DNA of 38,813 nucleotides. Origin: a virus (Duplodnaviria; Caudoviricetes). The notes below the pieces were generated by a model, which saw nothing but the letters and a program-made list of their open reading frames with translations, was not told the origin of the DNA and did not search any database. Position numbers and translations under genes: made by a program. This document shows positions 1 through 10,500 of the stretch, one piece after another. How positions within the stretch are numbered: position 1 is the stretch's first letter; every line of letters starts with the position of its first letter. The DNA is taken from positions 1 through 38,813 of the IMG/VR virus record IMGVR_UViG_3300046000_005732; one strand, written 5' to 3'.

Positions 1-73
1 TAGGCCAATCGTTACCTACTTCTCGTAGGTAAACTGAATCTATATCAAATACACCTTTGTTAATTATTGGCAT
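1..73 (-). CDS. 5' end of a truncated gene (MPIINKGVFDIDSVYLREVGNDWP...), probable virion/tail protein
   Basis: ATG at 73 with an open frame running off the window edge; late-promoter-like AATAAATA upstream; not in the ORF track. Confidence 0.6.
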   Translation of the reverse strand, partial: MPIINKGVFDIDSVYLREVGNDWP

Positions 74-103
74 TTTTATACTTTACTTTATTTTATACTC
101 TAT

Positions 104-111
104 TATTTATT
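104..111 (-). promoter_or_regulatory. T4-type late promoter variant (AATAAATA)
   Basis: One mismatch to TATAAATA, intergenic, about 30 nt upstream of the ATG at 73. Confidence 0.55.
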
Positions 112-116
112 GTTAC

Positions 117-1898
117 TTAACTAGAACGATATCTAACAATTACTATACCGCTGCCACCGCTTCCGCTAGGTACGCTGCCGAAACTTCTACCTCCGCCACC
201 TCCGCCGCCAGTATTTGTTCCCCCACTTTGAGCAGCGCGATTCGATCCATTGGGGTCTCCGGGGAAATAACCACCACCGTTACCGCCGCCACCCGTACCT
301 CCAAGACCTAGATATCTTCCGCCGTCATTCGAGTCATAGTAAGCACCGGCGCCACCGCCACCTGCAAAATATTCACCCGAAGTAAATGGTGTGGTTGCGC
401 CTGCACCACCAGCGGCACTAAATGATCCAAACAGAACCTGAGAAGGACTTCCCGATTCTCCAGCTGCCCCGGCACCTCCACCACCCCCGGCTTCAAGCGC
501 GCTATCGCTATACGAGCCGCCGGGATTACCTTGCCCTGGTACTCCGGAGCCGGCTGAGCCAGTAGGTGAAGCAAATGGATTATATCCAGCGGCGCCACCA
601 GATCCACCTGAGCCACCGTTCCAAACCGCGATGGGACCGGGCAAGGAGTAGGTATAACCTGCAGAACCACCCCCAAACGCTAATATAGAAATATATGGAG
701 ATGCAATTGTTGTATTAGAACCATTGTCGCCTCGGGCCGCTGCGCCGCTGAATGTTAACCCGTTTGCTCCACCGCCAATTATAATATTACTAATTCCAGT
801 ATTAGTTGCAGTATAAGTACCGGTTAACATACCGCCAGCACCACCGCCTCCTGCGCCGATGTATTGGGGGGGGGACCCGACACCCCCGGCACCACCGCCA
901 GCTACTGCTAAATATTCAATAGTTCGATTTGCAACAATTCCCAAATTTGTAATATTAAATGTATTTGAATCGGTAAATCTATGAGAGGTATAACCATTGG
1001 CAACAGTAACATTTCCGCCGGTGGCATTAATAAATGCCAATGCCGTATCCACAATAGATACAACATTGCTAGTTGCTATAGCTACTCCTCCAACACCCGT
1101 TTGACTAAGATTCAATTGAAAGGATTGGGATACGTTGTTTGGTATAATTGATGTGGTCGGTAAATTTACAACTACGGGAGTCCCTGTAGATATTATAAAA
1201 GAACCAGTATTTCCGGACACAAAATTTGATGGTAACACATTACCTGAAGTATAATAATACAAAGTTGTGGCATTTGCATTATGTGCAGTAATTGTGAATG
1301 TTACATTCGACCCCTCTGCAATTTCAGTATAATTTTCAACAAAACTTATTACATTGACAGTTTTATAGAAATCTAATATTTCTACATTTGAGGATGAATA
1401 AACGATGTCGCCTACTGCAGAATTTGTTCTTATTTGAACACCAAACTTTTCTCCGGTCTCGTCTACAAGACCAGCATCCGTATTTGCCCTTAGAACAAAT
1501 GTTGCTTGGTTATTTACTATAGGAAAAACGCCAGTGTTGCCACCTAAAAAATCAGATATAGTTAAATTTGCTGTTACGGGATATGCGGAATAAAATATAC
1601 CTGCACCGTTCATCGCATTCGCAGTAACAAGTGTAAAACTTACAAGATTGCCCTCTGCAACAGAAGATACATTTGCAGATAAACTGACAACTGTACTTGT
1701 ATCGTTAATAGTCATTTGTGGACTTGTTGCAACTATAAATCCACTAGTGCTATTTTTTCTTAATCTAACTACGAATTGTTTATTTCCTTCTAATGCATAT
1801 GGATTGGTAGGAAGAAAGACATTTGCATGTCCGTTGCGCACAACGACCGATCCAGTAAAGGAATTAGATGCAAAGTTTTTAGGAAATATAGTTGCCAT
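117..1898 (-). CDS. Virion/tail-associated protein with Calx-beta/Ig-like repeats and a C-terminal glycine-rich domain
   Basis: Repeated S.AEG..V.FT...T...YY...GS/GV modules; C-terminus with HRFT...EYLAVAGGGAGG...GGSGIVIVRY pattern typical of phage Gly-rich adhesin-like domains. Confidence 0.75.
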   Translation of the reverse strand: MATIFPKNFASNSFTGSVVVRNGHANVFLPTNPYALEGNKQFVVRLRKNSTSGFIVATSPQMTINDTSTVVSLSANVSSVAEGNLVSFTLVTANAMNGAGIFYSAYPVTANLTISDFLGGNTGVFPIVNNQATFVLRANTDAGLVDETGEKFGVQIRTNSAVGDIVYSSSNVEILDFYKTVNVISFVENYTEIAEGSNVTFTITAHNANATTLYYYTSGNVLPSNFVSGNTGSFIISTGTPVVVNLPTTSIIPNNVSQSFQLNLSQTGVGGVAIATSNVVSIVDTALAFINATGGNVTVANGYTSHRFTDSNTFNITNLGIVANRTIEYLAVAGGGAGGVGSPPQYIGAGGGGAGGMLTGTYTATNTGISNIIIGGGANGLTFSGAAARGDNGSNTTIASPYISILAFGGGSAGYTYSLPGPIAVWNGGSGGSGGAAGYNPFASPTGSAGSGVPGQGNPGGSYSDSALEAGGGGGAGAAGESGSPSQVLFGSFSAAGGAGATTPFTSGEYFAGGGGAGAYYDSNDGGRYLGLGGTGGGGNGGGYFPGDPNGSNRAAQSGGTNTGGGGGGGRSFGSVPSGSGGSGIVIVRYRSS

Positions 1899-1902
1899 TT
1901 TT

Positions 1903-2994
1903 CTATTCTATTGAGTAGTATATAACTGTACCGTCATTTTCGGTAGTTGTAAATGAAGCTAAGAACGTATTTGACGAAGAAGCGGACGGTGTGTATGTTG
2001 CGATTGAATATACTGAACCTAATCTAGCAGAAATAAATGCAGAAACTGCTCCGGCACCTGCATTTGTATAATTTGCATATAATTTATCACTCAATTCAAT
2101 TCTTTTTGGAGCCGTTATTATTTCTACCGTAGAATTTGGAGGAATAGGTAAATTATGTGCTAAATATGCTTTAGGATTTCCATTTGCATCGCCCCAATAT
2201 ACTTTAACAGGAACAGTTGAATTTACTAAATTTACAAGCTTAATGCTTTCTACAATACTAAAACCTTGCGCCGAATCGTATATTTGTATGTTTGTATTGG
2301 AATTTTCTAATGTGATTCCGTTTCCGATATAAGAAAAATCCGTCGCAAATGTTTCGTATGTATAAATCGATTGTAACAGATTAGATGTGGCTGTACCATC
2401 TGAGGTAAATCCTTGAAGATTTACCGTATCACTTGGTTGTAGCAATTGCACATTTCTCATTAATTCAACAGCGCCACCAACTGGAACTGGTAGCTTATTG
2501 GCAAACAGTGCAGTATTACCCGTAGAATATAAAATATTGCCGGATATCAATGCGTCTTGATTACTAATATTTGTGATATGTAATGATCTTAATACATGTC
2601 TATCGTTTATTGGAGAATTCGGCATTGTTACAATACCCGACATGGTACTTAACACATTGCCATATCCTGAACCATCTATACCTAAGTTGAATTCAAACGA
2701 AGCCCCGGTGTTTATAATTACACCATCTCCGTTTATTGCGATACCTTTTCCTGCCGTGAATACGGATCTAGCTCTAGTATTCGTAAAGTATTGATTAGTA
2801 CTTTCTAATACGTTACCGGAATCTAATTGAATCCAACTTCGATATCCATTTAAATCTGAGGTAAGTACATGCGCCCGTTCAGGCGGAAGGCCTAAATCTG
2901 GTTCTGCTTCTGATAAATCTAAGAATTGGTAACGATCCGAACTAACATTCGAGCTAGGAACTTTCGCAACTCTGCCGGATATTAGTTTAGTCAT
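1903..2994 (-). CDS. Virion structural protein (fibre cassette gene C, copy 1)
   Basis: N-terminal SGRV...DRYQFLDLSEAEPDLGLP motif shared with 12402..14351; one TNQYFTNTRAR fibre repeat; two internal beta domains resembling the 113/120 aa proteins. Confidence 0.7.
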   Translation of the reverse strand: MTKLISGRVAKVPSSNVSSDRYQFLDLSEAEPDLGLPPERAHVLTSDLNGYRSWIQLDSGNVLESTNQYFTNTRARSVFTAGKGIAINGDGVIINTGASFEFNLGIDGSGYGNVLSTMSGIVTMPNSPINDRHVLRSLHITNISNQDALISGNILYSTGNTALFANKLPVPVGGAVELMRNVQLLQPSDTVNLQGFTSDGTATSNLLQSIYTYETFATDFSYIGNGITLENSNTNIQIYDSAQGFSIVESIKLVNLVNSTVPVKVYWGDANGNPKAYLAHNLPIPPNSTVEIITAPKRIELSDKLYANYTNAGAGAVSAFISARLGSVYSIATYTPSASSSNTFLASFTTTENDGTVIYYSIE

Positions 2995-3328
2995 TTGCTG
3001 ATTCTAAGACACTCATTAATAATTGAACTGCATTATTTGCGCTAGCACTTGCATATACCTTTTGCCCAGTTTCTAAAACCAATTTAGAACCAGCACTAAT
3101 AATAGCCATAGAGTCGTTGCCTGGGATTTTGAAATCTTTAGCAAGAGCAGTTTTTACATTAGCAGTGGATCCATGGTAAAAAGATATCTGTACCGTAGTA
3201 TTGTTTAAATTTGCTGCCTGTACCGATAAGAAAATAGAAGTTTTTCTAGATGGGGCAGTATAAAGAATTTTATCTTCAGTGGTAATATCTGCGGTTATTG
3301 TTTTAAATACGTTTAATGCGGTTGCCAT
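2987..3328 (-). CDS. Small virion/fibre-associated protein (cassette gene B, copy 1)
   Basis: Clear paralogue of 14358..14720 (LN.F.TITA..TTE...LYT.P...DF.IP..D...K.VLE...S.LE). Confidence 0.7.
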   Translation of the reverse strand: MATALNVFKTITADITTEDKILYTAPSRKTSIFLSVQAANLNNTTVQISFYHGSTANVKTALAKDFKIPGNDSMAIISAGSKLVLETGQKVYASASANNAVQLLMSVLESAND

Positions 3329-3335
3329 TTTTATT

Positions 3336-6300
3336 TTATCCTTCGATTGCTAATATATATGGTGTCATAACTGCAAACAATGCTTTGTTAAATGTCCTGC
3401 CAGAAATTGTACCATCTACTCGATTAAATACTAATTCTGTACCAATTCTAAAGTCACCCTGTTGGTCTGTACTTGTAAAATATACTCTGCCGCCCTTTTC
3501 CTCAGTAACTTCATTTTCCTGAATAGGGAATCCGCCATTGTAAGGCAATGCCGTTTGTATATTTGTACCTGAACCAATATATTCAAATGTATATCCTAGA
3601 GCAGAAATATAACTAGGTTGGTGGAAACTAACTGAAGAATTTGCCAATATTACAGTATCTGTGGCGCCCTCTAAAAGAGTAACCAACGATGTATTTGAAA
3701 CCATCGGAGTACTATTTGCTACAGTATAAAACGCAACTGTACCATTACTAATATTTGCCCAATTTCTATTAATATATCCATTTACTTCAGCAACAATATA
3801 ATCTCTATTTGCTAAAATTATTTTAGCAGCATTAATAACATTTGAACTTGTACTTAAAGTACTATAAGAAATTGGGCTTTTAACTGGGGCAGCATTTGCA
3901 CCTAAAGTTATAATATCTGTAATTAGATCAATCTTTTGTAGTACAACATTTGCTTCAGCCAAACTTGCCGCCGGATATGACGTAGTATCTTGTGTATATA
4001 CTGATTGGTAAGGCGGATCAAATAAGGTTGCATTTACAAACTCAATTGTTTCTGCAGCAATAAAATCTTTATTCGCAAGTATTAATTTAACTGCATTTGA
4101 AACATTTGTAGATATTGTTGCCACATTCGCATCAATTGAAATTTTAGCTAACGCAACATTGGGCCCATTTGTTATAATATTATTAATTAAACTAATTTTT
4201 TGTAGTGCAATATTTGCTTCCGCTAGAGTTGCGGCAGATGCTGCTGTAGTATTTTGTACAAATACGTTTTGTCTAACATTTGCAACAGGAATTCCTCGTA
4301 CAATTTCATCGATTATAGTTCCGATAAAGTTATATGCTGCGCCTGTTTGCACAATTTGTTCGTTAATTTGAGTATTTGCTGTACTAAAATTATAATAAAA
4401 TACACCAGATTGAACCGATTGACGGTTACCATCGTGACGCAAATCAAATATGGTACTATCTAAAATATAACCAACATCTCTAGCGCATTTGGTTTGTGCA
4501 TTCGCTACATCAATAAAGTTATTTGCATTTGCAAAAAATCCTGGATATGTTTGGTTAACGTATGCAATAGTTTCTGCTTGAATAAATGATCTATTCAATA
4601 ATACGAGATTTGCAGCATTATTAACAGCTACATTTGTATTTGCAGGAAATTTATTTGAAATAATTCTATCACTAATTCCCACTGTGCCATTATTAATGAT
4701 ATCAATAACTAAATTAAAATTATTAGTAATTATATTTGATTCATTAACAGTACCACCTGTGCCAGAAACTTGTAAAACGTTCGCTTGTTTTGGTGAAGCT
4801 ATTGTAATATTCTGTGCAATATTTGCAGCTAATACTTTGACATGGGCAATTGCCGCCACTGTTTCTTCCGATTGATTCGGAATAGCAGAAGAAGTTTGCG
4901 CCCAATATTGCAATCCAGCAAAATTAGATTGCGTATTACTAGTATATCCTAAATCAAAAGCAATAGAATCTACAATTAACTTAGTATCTCTTTCACATTT
5001 TTCTTGATTATACGCAGCAACCTTTTTATTTCTAACAATGTCATCAATAATAGTGCCAATGAAATCATATGCTGCAGTTGTTTGTACAACTTGGTCTTCA
5101 ATTTGTGTAGAATTGAAATCATTAGTATAATAATATACACCCGATGTTATTGCCTGCCGATTACCGTTATGTAAGAAGTCAAATATTATACTATCTATTA
5201 GATAACCGGTGTCTCTTTCGCATTTTGTAATTGCATTTGCTGCATCAATAAAGTTTGTTGCATTCGCAAAAAATCCTGGATATTCTTGATTAACAAATGA
5301 TATGACTTCTTTCTGAATAAATTCTTTATTAGCAATAACTAAATTTGCTGCATTATTGACAGCTACATTTGTATTTGCCGGAAATGTATTCGGAATAATT
5401 CTATCCGTTATACCTACTGTTCCTCCGGTAATAACATTTGCAACTAAATCAAATCCATCAGAAATTCTGGTAACCCATGCTCCAGCATTGCCAAATGTTT
5501 GATTTACATTTCCTTGTCTAGGAGCAGTTATATTAATATTTGCGGCAACATTTGTAGATAAATCTTTTGCATAATTAAATGCAGCAATTGTTTCTTCCGA
5601 TTGATTCGGAATAGCTGACGAAGATTGAGACCAATATTGCAATCCCGCAAATGCGGACTGCGTATTACTTTGGTATGCTAAATCGAAAGCAAGAGAATCA
5701 ATAATTAATCCGGTATCTCTGCTGCATTTTGCCTGATCGTAGTTTGCAAATAAAATAACATCGCCATAATTTGGACGAGAATTTAAATTTGTGATTAGAT
5801 ATTGAGTACCCTCATCTGTTTCAAACGATTCTGCATATTTACCAAAGTTTAATGGGCTACTAACTCCTCTTGCAAGTAGACCAAGCCTACCAAACGATGC
5901 ATTTGAATTAGTAATGGAACAAAATCCGCCATTTTCACATAAAATTGCAATATCGCAGCAAATAGTAAATACCGATACTAATTGCGTATATCCTCTATTA
6001 AGCATGTGGATACCAATACCACCCTCATTCGTATTGGTATAAGAATCGCACACCATCGAGCGAAGCCCTGAAACATAATTGCCATCTACTCGCATACCTG
6101 TTCCGGTAGTTGTAATAGATGAAGAATTTTGAATATATGGGCTTGTACTAATAAATCCTGCCGATCCGTCCGGATTATATGAAAATACTGCCGAAGGACT
6201 TAAATGATCTCTAAATGTAATACCCGTTACATAAGATGCATTGTTCACATAGAACATATCCTTAGTTCGTTCAGCGGGTCGTATTGTGGTTGTTCGTAAA

Positions 6301-7520
6301 TTATCGCCAACCAGACCAACGCGATTCTTAATGGTGACTGGTTGCTCATATAAAAGATAATCTCCACTTTTAACAAAAACGGTAGTCCATGGTTGCGCTC
6401 TATTTAACGCAGTATGGATATTCGCTAATGCGTTAGCGAAAGAATGACCACTATTATTATCGTTACCGTTGCCGGTGACATATAATACATTTCCCACTGG
6501 TTGATCCATATAGGATCGTAATAATGCAATACTTTGATTTAACGGATTTAAAGTTACAACCGGTTCATCATGAACATATATGTCTCCACCAACAATTAAA
6601 TTGCCCGCAATATATGCACCACCGGCAACCTGTAATGCTCCGGTTGTTTCGGTATTTGCAGCTAAAGTAATATCAGTGATATCTAACGCTTTATTAATTA
6701 ATAAAGTGTCTGTTGATGATATGTATTTAATCTCCGCATTCGCACCTGCAATAGTAATGCCGGCGCCATTTGCTTGTGAAGCATTTGTTGCTCCATTCGC
6801 AAGTACAATATTTTTATCTTCAATCGTTAGTGTTGCGGTATTAATTGTTACCGTATTACCTTGTACTTCTAAATCGCCAGACACTGTTAAATTATTAACA
6901 GTGACATTATTTCCCGCCAATGCACCAATTGCCCGTTGCGAAGTAAAATATAAGTTATTACCTTCACTTAGATCACTTGTAGTAAAGTTATCTAATGTTA
7001 AAACAGTATTTGCTACATTAGCAGTCGTGGCAAATACAGAAGAATTTGCTACATTCGCAGTAGTTGCGGATTCCGCAAACTTAGCAGTGTTTGCCTGAAA
7101 AGACGCAATAGATTGTTGTACTATACCTAAAACACTATTGGCAACATTAGCTAATGCAATATCAGAAACAGTAATTACATTAGGTGCCCACTCTGAACCA
7201 TTCCAAATTAACCCATATCCCATTAAAGGAGTTACGGTTACCGTGTTTACATCTGAAAGAGCATCGATACTTGCTAATGTTAAATTTGCATATGCTCTGC
7301 TATCTCTATAATAAAGATTAGTGCCCTCAGCTAAATTTGCCGTAGTAAAATTATTTAAAGAACTTACCGTGCCTGTAACATTTGCAACTAATTGCCCACC
7401 TACTGTTAAATTACCAAACGATCCGCTATAGGTAACAGTAATATTACCGGCAGTAAGGTAATTAATTCCGTAAATATTTCCGGAAACTTGTAGTCCTGAT
7501 TTTACTCTAAAATCTTGCAT
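3336..7520 (-). CDS. Large tail fibre/tailspike-like protein with a putative beta-helix domain (cassette gene A, copy 1)
   Basis: TT.NL.EG.NLYY repeats; EDKNIVLANGA motif; VLYV...GND...G beta-helix entry; C-terminal TSTDQQGDFRIG...FAVMTPYILA shared with 14730..17633. Confidence 0.75.
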   Translation of the reverse strand: MQDFRVKSGLQVSGNIYGINYLTAGNITVTYSGSFGNLTVGGQLVANVTGTVSSLNNFTTANLAEGTNLYYRDSRAYANLTLASIDALSDVNTVTVTPLMGYGLIWNGSEWAPNVITVSDIALANVANSVLGIVQQSIASFQANTAKFAESATTANVANSSVFATTANVANTVLTLDNFTTSDLSEGNNLYFTSQRAIGALAGNNVTVNNLTVSGDLEVQGNTVTINTATLTIEDKNIVLANGATNASQANGAGITIAGANAEIKYISSTDTLLINKALDITDITLAANTETTGALQVAGGAYIAGNLIVGGDIYVHDEPVVTLNPLNQSIALLRSYMDQPVGNVLYVTGNGNDNNSGHSFANALANIHTALNRAQPWTTVFVKSGDYLLYEQPVTIKNRVGLVGDNLRTTTIRPAERTKDMFYVNNASYVTGITFRDHLSPSAVFSYNPDGSAGFISTSPYIQNSSSITTTGTGMRVDGNYVSGLRSMVCDSYTNTNEGGIGIHMLNRGYTQLVSVFTICCDIAILCENGGFCSITNSNASFGRLGLLARGVSSPLNFGKYAESFETDEGTQYLITNLNSRPNYGDVILFANYDQAKCSRDTGLIIDSLAFDLAYQSNTQSAFAGLQYWSQSSSAIPNQSEETIAAFNYAKDLSTNVAANINITAPRQGNVNQTFGNAGAWVTRISDGFDLVANVITGGTVGITDRIIPNTFPANTNVAVNNAANLVIANKEFIQKEVISFVNQEYPGFFANATNFIDAANAITKCERDTGYLIDSIIFDFLHNGNRQAITSGVYYYTNDFNSTQIEDQVVQTTAAYDFIGTIIDDIVRNKKVAAYNQEKCERDTKLIVDSIAFDLGYTSNTQSNFAGLQYWAQTSSAIPNQSEETVAAIAHVKVLAANIAQNITIASPKQANVLQVSGTGGTVNESNIITNNFNLVIDIINNGTVGISDRIISNKFPANTNVAVNNAANLVLLNRSFIQAETIAYVNQTYPGFFANANNFIDVANAQTKCARDVGYILDSTIFDLRHDGNRQSVQSGVFYYNFSTANTQINEQIVQTGAAYNFIGTIIDEIVRGIPVANVRQNVFVQNTTAASAATLAEANIALQKISLINNIITNGPNVALAKISIDANVATISTNVSNAVKLILANKDFIAAETIEFVNATLFDPPYQSVYTQDTTSYPAASLAEANVVLQKIDLITDIITLGANAAPVKSPISYSTLSTSSNVINAAKIILANRDYIVAEVNGYINRNWANISNGTVAFYTVANSTPMVSNTSLVTLLEGATDTVILANSSVSFHQPSYISALGYTFEYIGSGTNIQTALPYNGGFPIQENEVTEEKGGRVYFTSTDQQGDFRIGTELVFNRVDGTISGRTFNKALFAVMTPYILAIEG
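4295..5741 (-). repeat. Intragenic tandem duplication of a ~243 aa (729 nt) domain
   Basis: YDQAKCSRDTGLIIDSLAFDL...SAIPNQSEET... recurs as YNQEKCERDTKLIVDSIAFDL...SAIPNQSEET; exact DNA match tgtttcttccgattgattcggaatagc near 4860 and 5589. Confidence 0.85.
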
Positions 7521-7522
7521 TA

Positions 7523-10500
7523 TTATATTTCAGTATAAGTTATGCCTGTTAGGCGAACGGTTGCTAATGTGCCACCCAAAGTAGCTCTAGCTAATAATCT
7601 TACATTACTATTATTTATGTCGGTTGTTACTGTAACAATATCATCGGCAGATGAACTTAACAAAGCATATTGAGTAATATATGTGTTGGCGCCATCGTGC
7701 ATAACTAAAATTTCTCCAGATGCAAAATGAGGACCACCGCTTAAATATGCTGTGGTTTTTGCAGTATAAAGATATTTAGCAGATCTATAAACTGTACTAC
7801 CAAATAAATCTAATACATAATCTCCGGAGTTATCAACATTTTCTATTACCTTTGTACCGGCACTTGCGCTAATAAGTATCTTATCATCAGTAGATCTAGT
7901 AACATTAATTAAACTATCACCTACAATTTCAATAACATCTGTAGATACAACATTACCAGATTTGCTTCCAACTAATTTTAAATTTGCGCCATTTGTTGGA
8001 ATGGTGCCGGCCTGTATAGAAATATTATACGTTACATTGTCATATTCTTCAGGCTTAGGGATATTGTAATATAAAGTACCATCATTAGTAAACTGCCATC
8101 TATCAACGCTTTCATCCCATTTTAAATCTACGTCTGTACTAGTTCCACGATTAACAACAAAACTTGCATTAGATGAAGGTGATCCGGAAACTGAAGTTAA
8201 TACAGTTATTTTATCGCCCGATAATTGTATATTATCTGCAGAGATAGAATATAAACCGGTAATGTTACCCCCGGTTCCCGAACCAATAACTATATTTCCA
8301 GCAACATCTAAATTCTTATTAACTACAAACTTATCGCCGGTATTCGAATATGTAAATGTTGCATTAGCACCATTTATTGTAATACCGCCGCCATCTGCTT
8401 CTGCAGCATTTATTGCATTATTTGCAAGTACAATGTTTTTATCATTAATTGATACGGTTGTTGAATTTACCGTTGTTACGTTACCGCGAATAGTTAAATT
8501 ACCCGAAACAATTAAATCGCCAGTTGCGGTAATAGTTGTCGCAGTAATATCATTACTATTTAATGTACCATCCACGGTTACATTGTTAAATGTAACTGAT
8601 GCAGTAGGATGGACATTTTGCCCAATTGCGATAGTAGGATTGCCTGCTTGGGCATCTCCATCTGTTACATAAACACCTGTACCCGCTGCGATAGAAACCG
8701 CAACCAACGTATTTGTTGCTCCTCCAACTTTTGCAACAAGCCCATTAGAAAAATCTGAAAATATATTTTGTCTTGCATCTGATCTAGTATTTGCAGCAGT
8801 ACCGCCACGTTCGATTGCTACATCTTTAGTACCAAGATATGCATTACCAACAAAATTACCAAAATTATCAATTAAACGAATGCCGTTAATTGTAACAAGA
8901 TTTGAATTAAGTACAATATTGCCCGTACCTAATAAAGATAATCTTGCAGTAGAATCTACGGTGCCTTCTCTATCATTATAGAAATGGATGTCGCTTCTTA
9001 CATTAGGGCTATTATCTTTTGTTTCCGTAATTCGCATACCTGCGAATTTGTTTAGTGTACCATCTTTTAATACACCAAAGTAAATATTTGCAGTTTGTCC
9101 CGAAGTAAACTGTTGTACGTTTCCACCAAAGTACCCGTTAATCTCGGAGGCGGTACCTGGCGATAAACGATTTACAGTAACAAACTGCGTACTTACAAGA
9201 TTTGCTAAATCAATGCCGGCTGGATTGCCAAATTGATCTTGTATTTGTATGCCGCCACCGCCAGAGTCACTTATAGCTAAATTGCCCAAAAAGATTGTCT
9301 GTGCGCCAACATATATTCCGCGCCACAATTTGCTAGGTGATCCAATATTATAAACACCGCTAATTGCGGGTAAAATGTTACCTAAAACTGTTAGATTTTT
9401 ATTAAGACCAAATCCGTCATCTGTTTGGCCATATGTAAATCTAGCATTAGCGCCGTCAATGTAGATCCCAGAACCTTCCGCACTAGAAGGACTACCTGAA
9501 TTTAAAGCAAGTGTTAGTGTTCTACTTTCTGTTCTTACATTGGAAACATTTAGTAATACTGCATTACCTTGTACTGTTAAATCCCCACCTAATATTAAAT
9601 CATCTAATTCGATATCTTTACGATATATTGCAGATTGAATATCTGCTGCTAATCTGTTTGAGGTATAATAAAAATTATTTGAACCTTCAGTTAAATTATC
9701 AGTGGTAAAATTCGATAAGGATAATACTAAATTTGCTACATTCGATCTTTCGGCAAATTGTGCAGATTGTGCTGCACCTACCGTTGCACCCGAATACCAA
9801 TTTGTGCCAGACCAGGTAAGAACTTCACCTACATTTGCTATGCTTGTACTAACGTCGTACAATGCATCAATACTCATTTGCGATACGTTAGCAAATACTC
9901 TACTATCAGTGTAATATAAATTACTACCTTCTGCTAAATTCGTAGTAGTAAAATTCGATAAGGATAATACTAAATTTGCTACATTAGATTTTTCTGCAAA
10001 TACCGTAGAATTTGCGACATTTGATCTTTCCGCAAATACTGTAGATAAGGAAATATTTGCGACATTTGATCTTTCCGCAAATACTGTAGAATTTGATACT
10101 GCAGCAAGTGTTGCAAAATTTGCAATATTTGCTTGATTTGCAACTAAAGCTACATTCGATATACCTGCAAGATTTGCAAAATTTGCATTAGTTGCGGTAG
10201 AAATTACGCCTACGTTACCAACATTTGAAGCTCTAGGTTCCCAAACGGATCCCGTCCACGTTAATACGTATCCCAATGTAGGTGCAGTACTAACAGTATC
10301 TACATCAGCAAATACATTTAAACTTAAATTTGCTAAATTAGATACAACTCTGCTATTTCTATAATATAGATTATTACTACCTTCTAATAAAGCATCTGTA
10401 TTTAAATTAGATAAAGCATTTGAAAGATCAGAAACAGTAGGTACAATTCGTTCTACAAAGAAAGCTGATGCTGCAGAATTATATACTAATGCCCCACCGT

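Noticed and set aside
57-676. ORFs 57..311 (+) and 308..676 (-)
   Set aside because: Alternative-frame or antisense shadows of the GC-rich glycine-rich domain
1899-1912. Programmed frameshift or readthrough joining the 363 aa and 593 aa genes
   Set aside because: Readthrough alone gives the wrong frame, the target frame has a stop just upstream, and there is no slippery heptamer; kept only as a minor alternative
9705-10090. CRISPR array or DGR template/variable repeat
   Set aside because: The repeats are in-frame coding duplications with no regular spacers, no adenine-specific mismatches and no reverse transcriptase in the window
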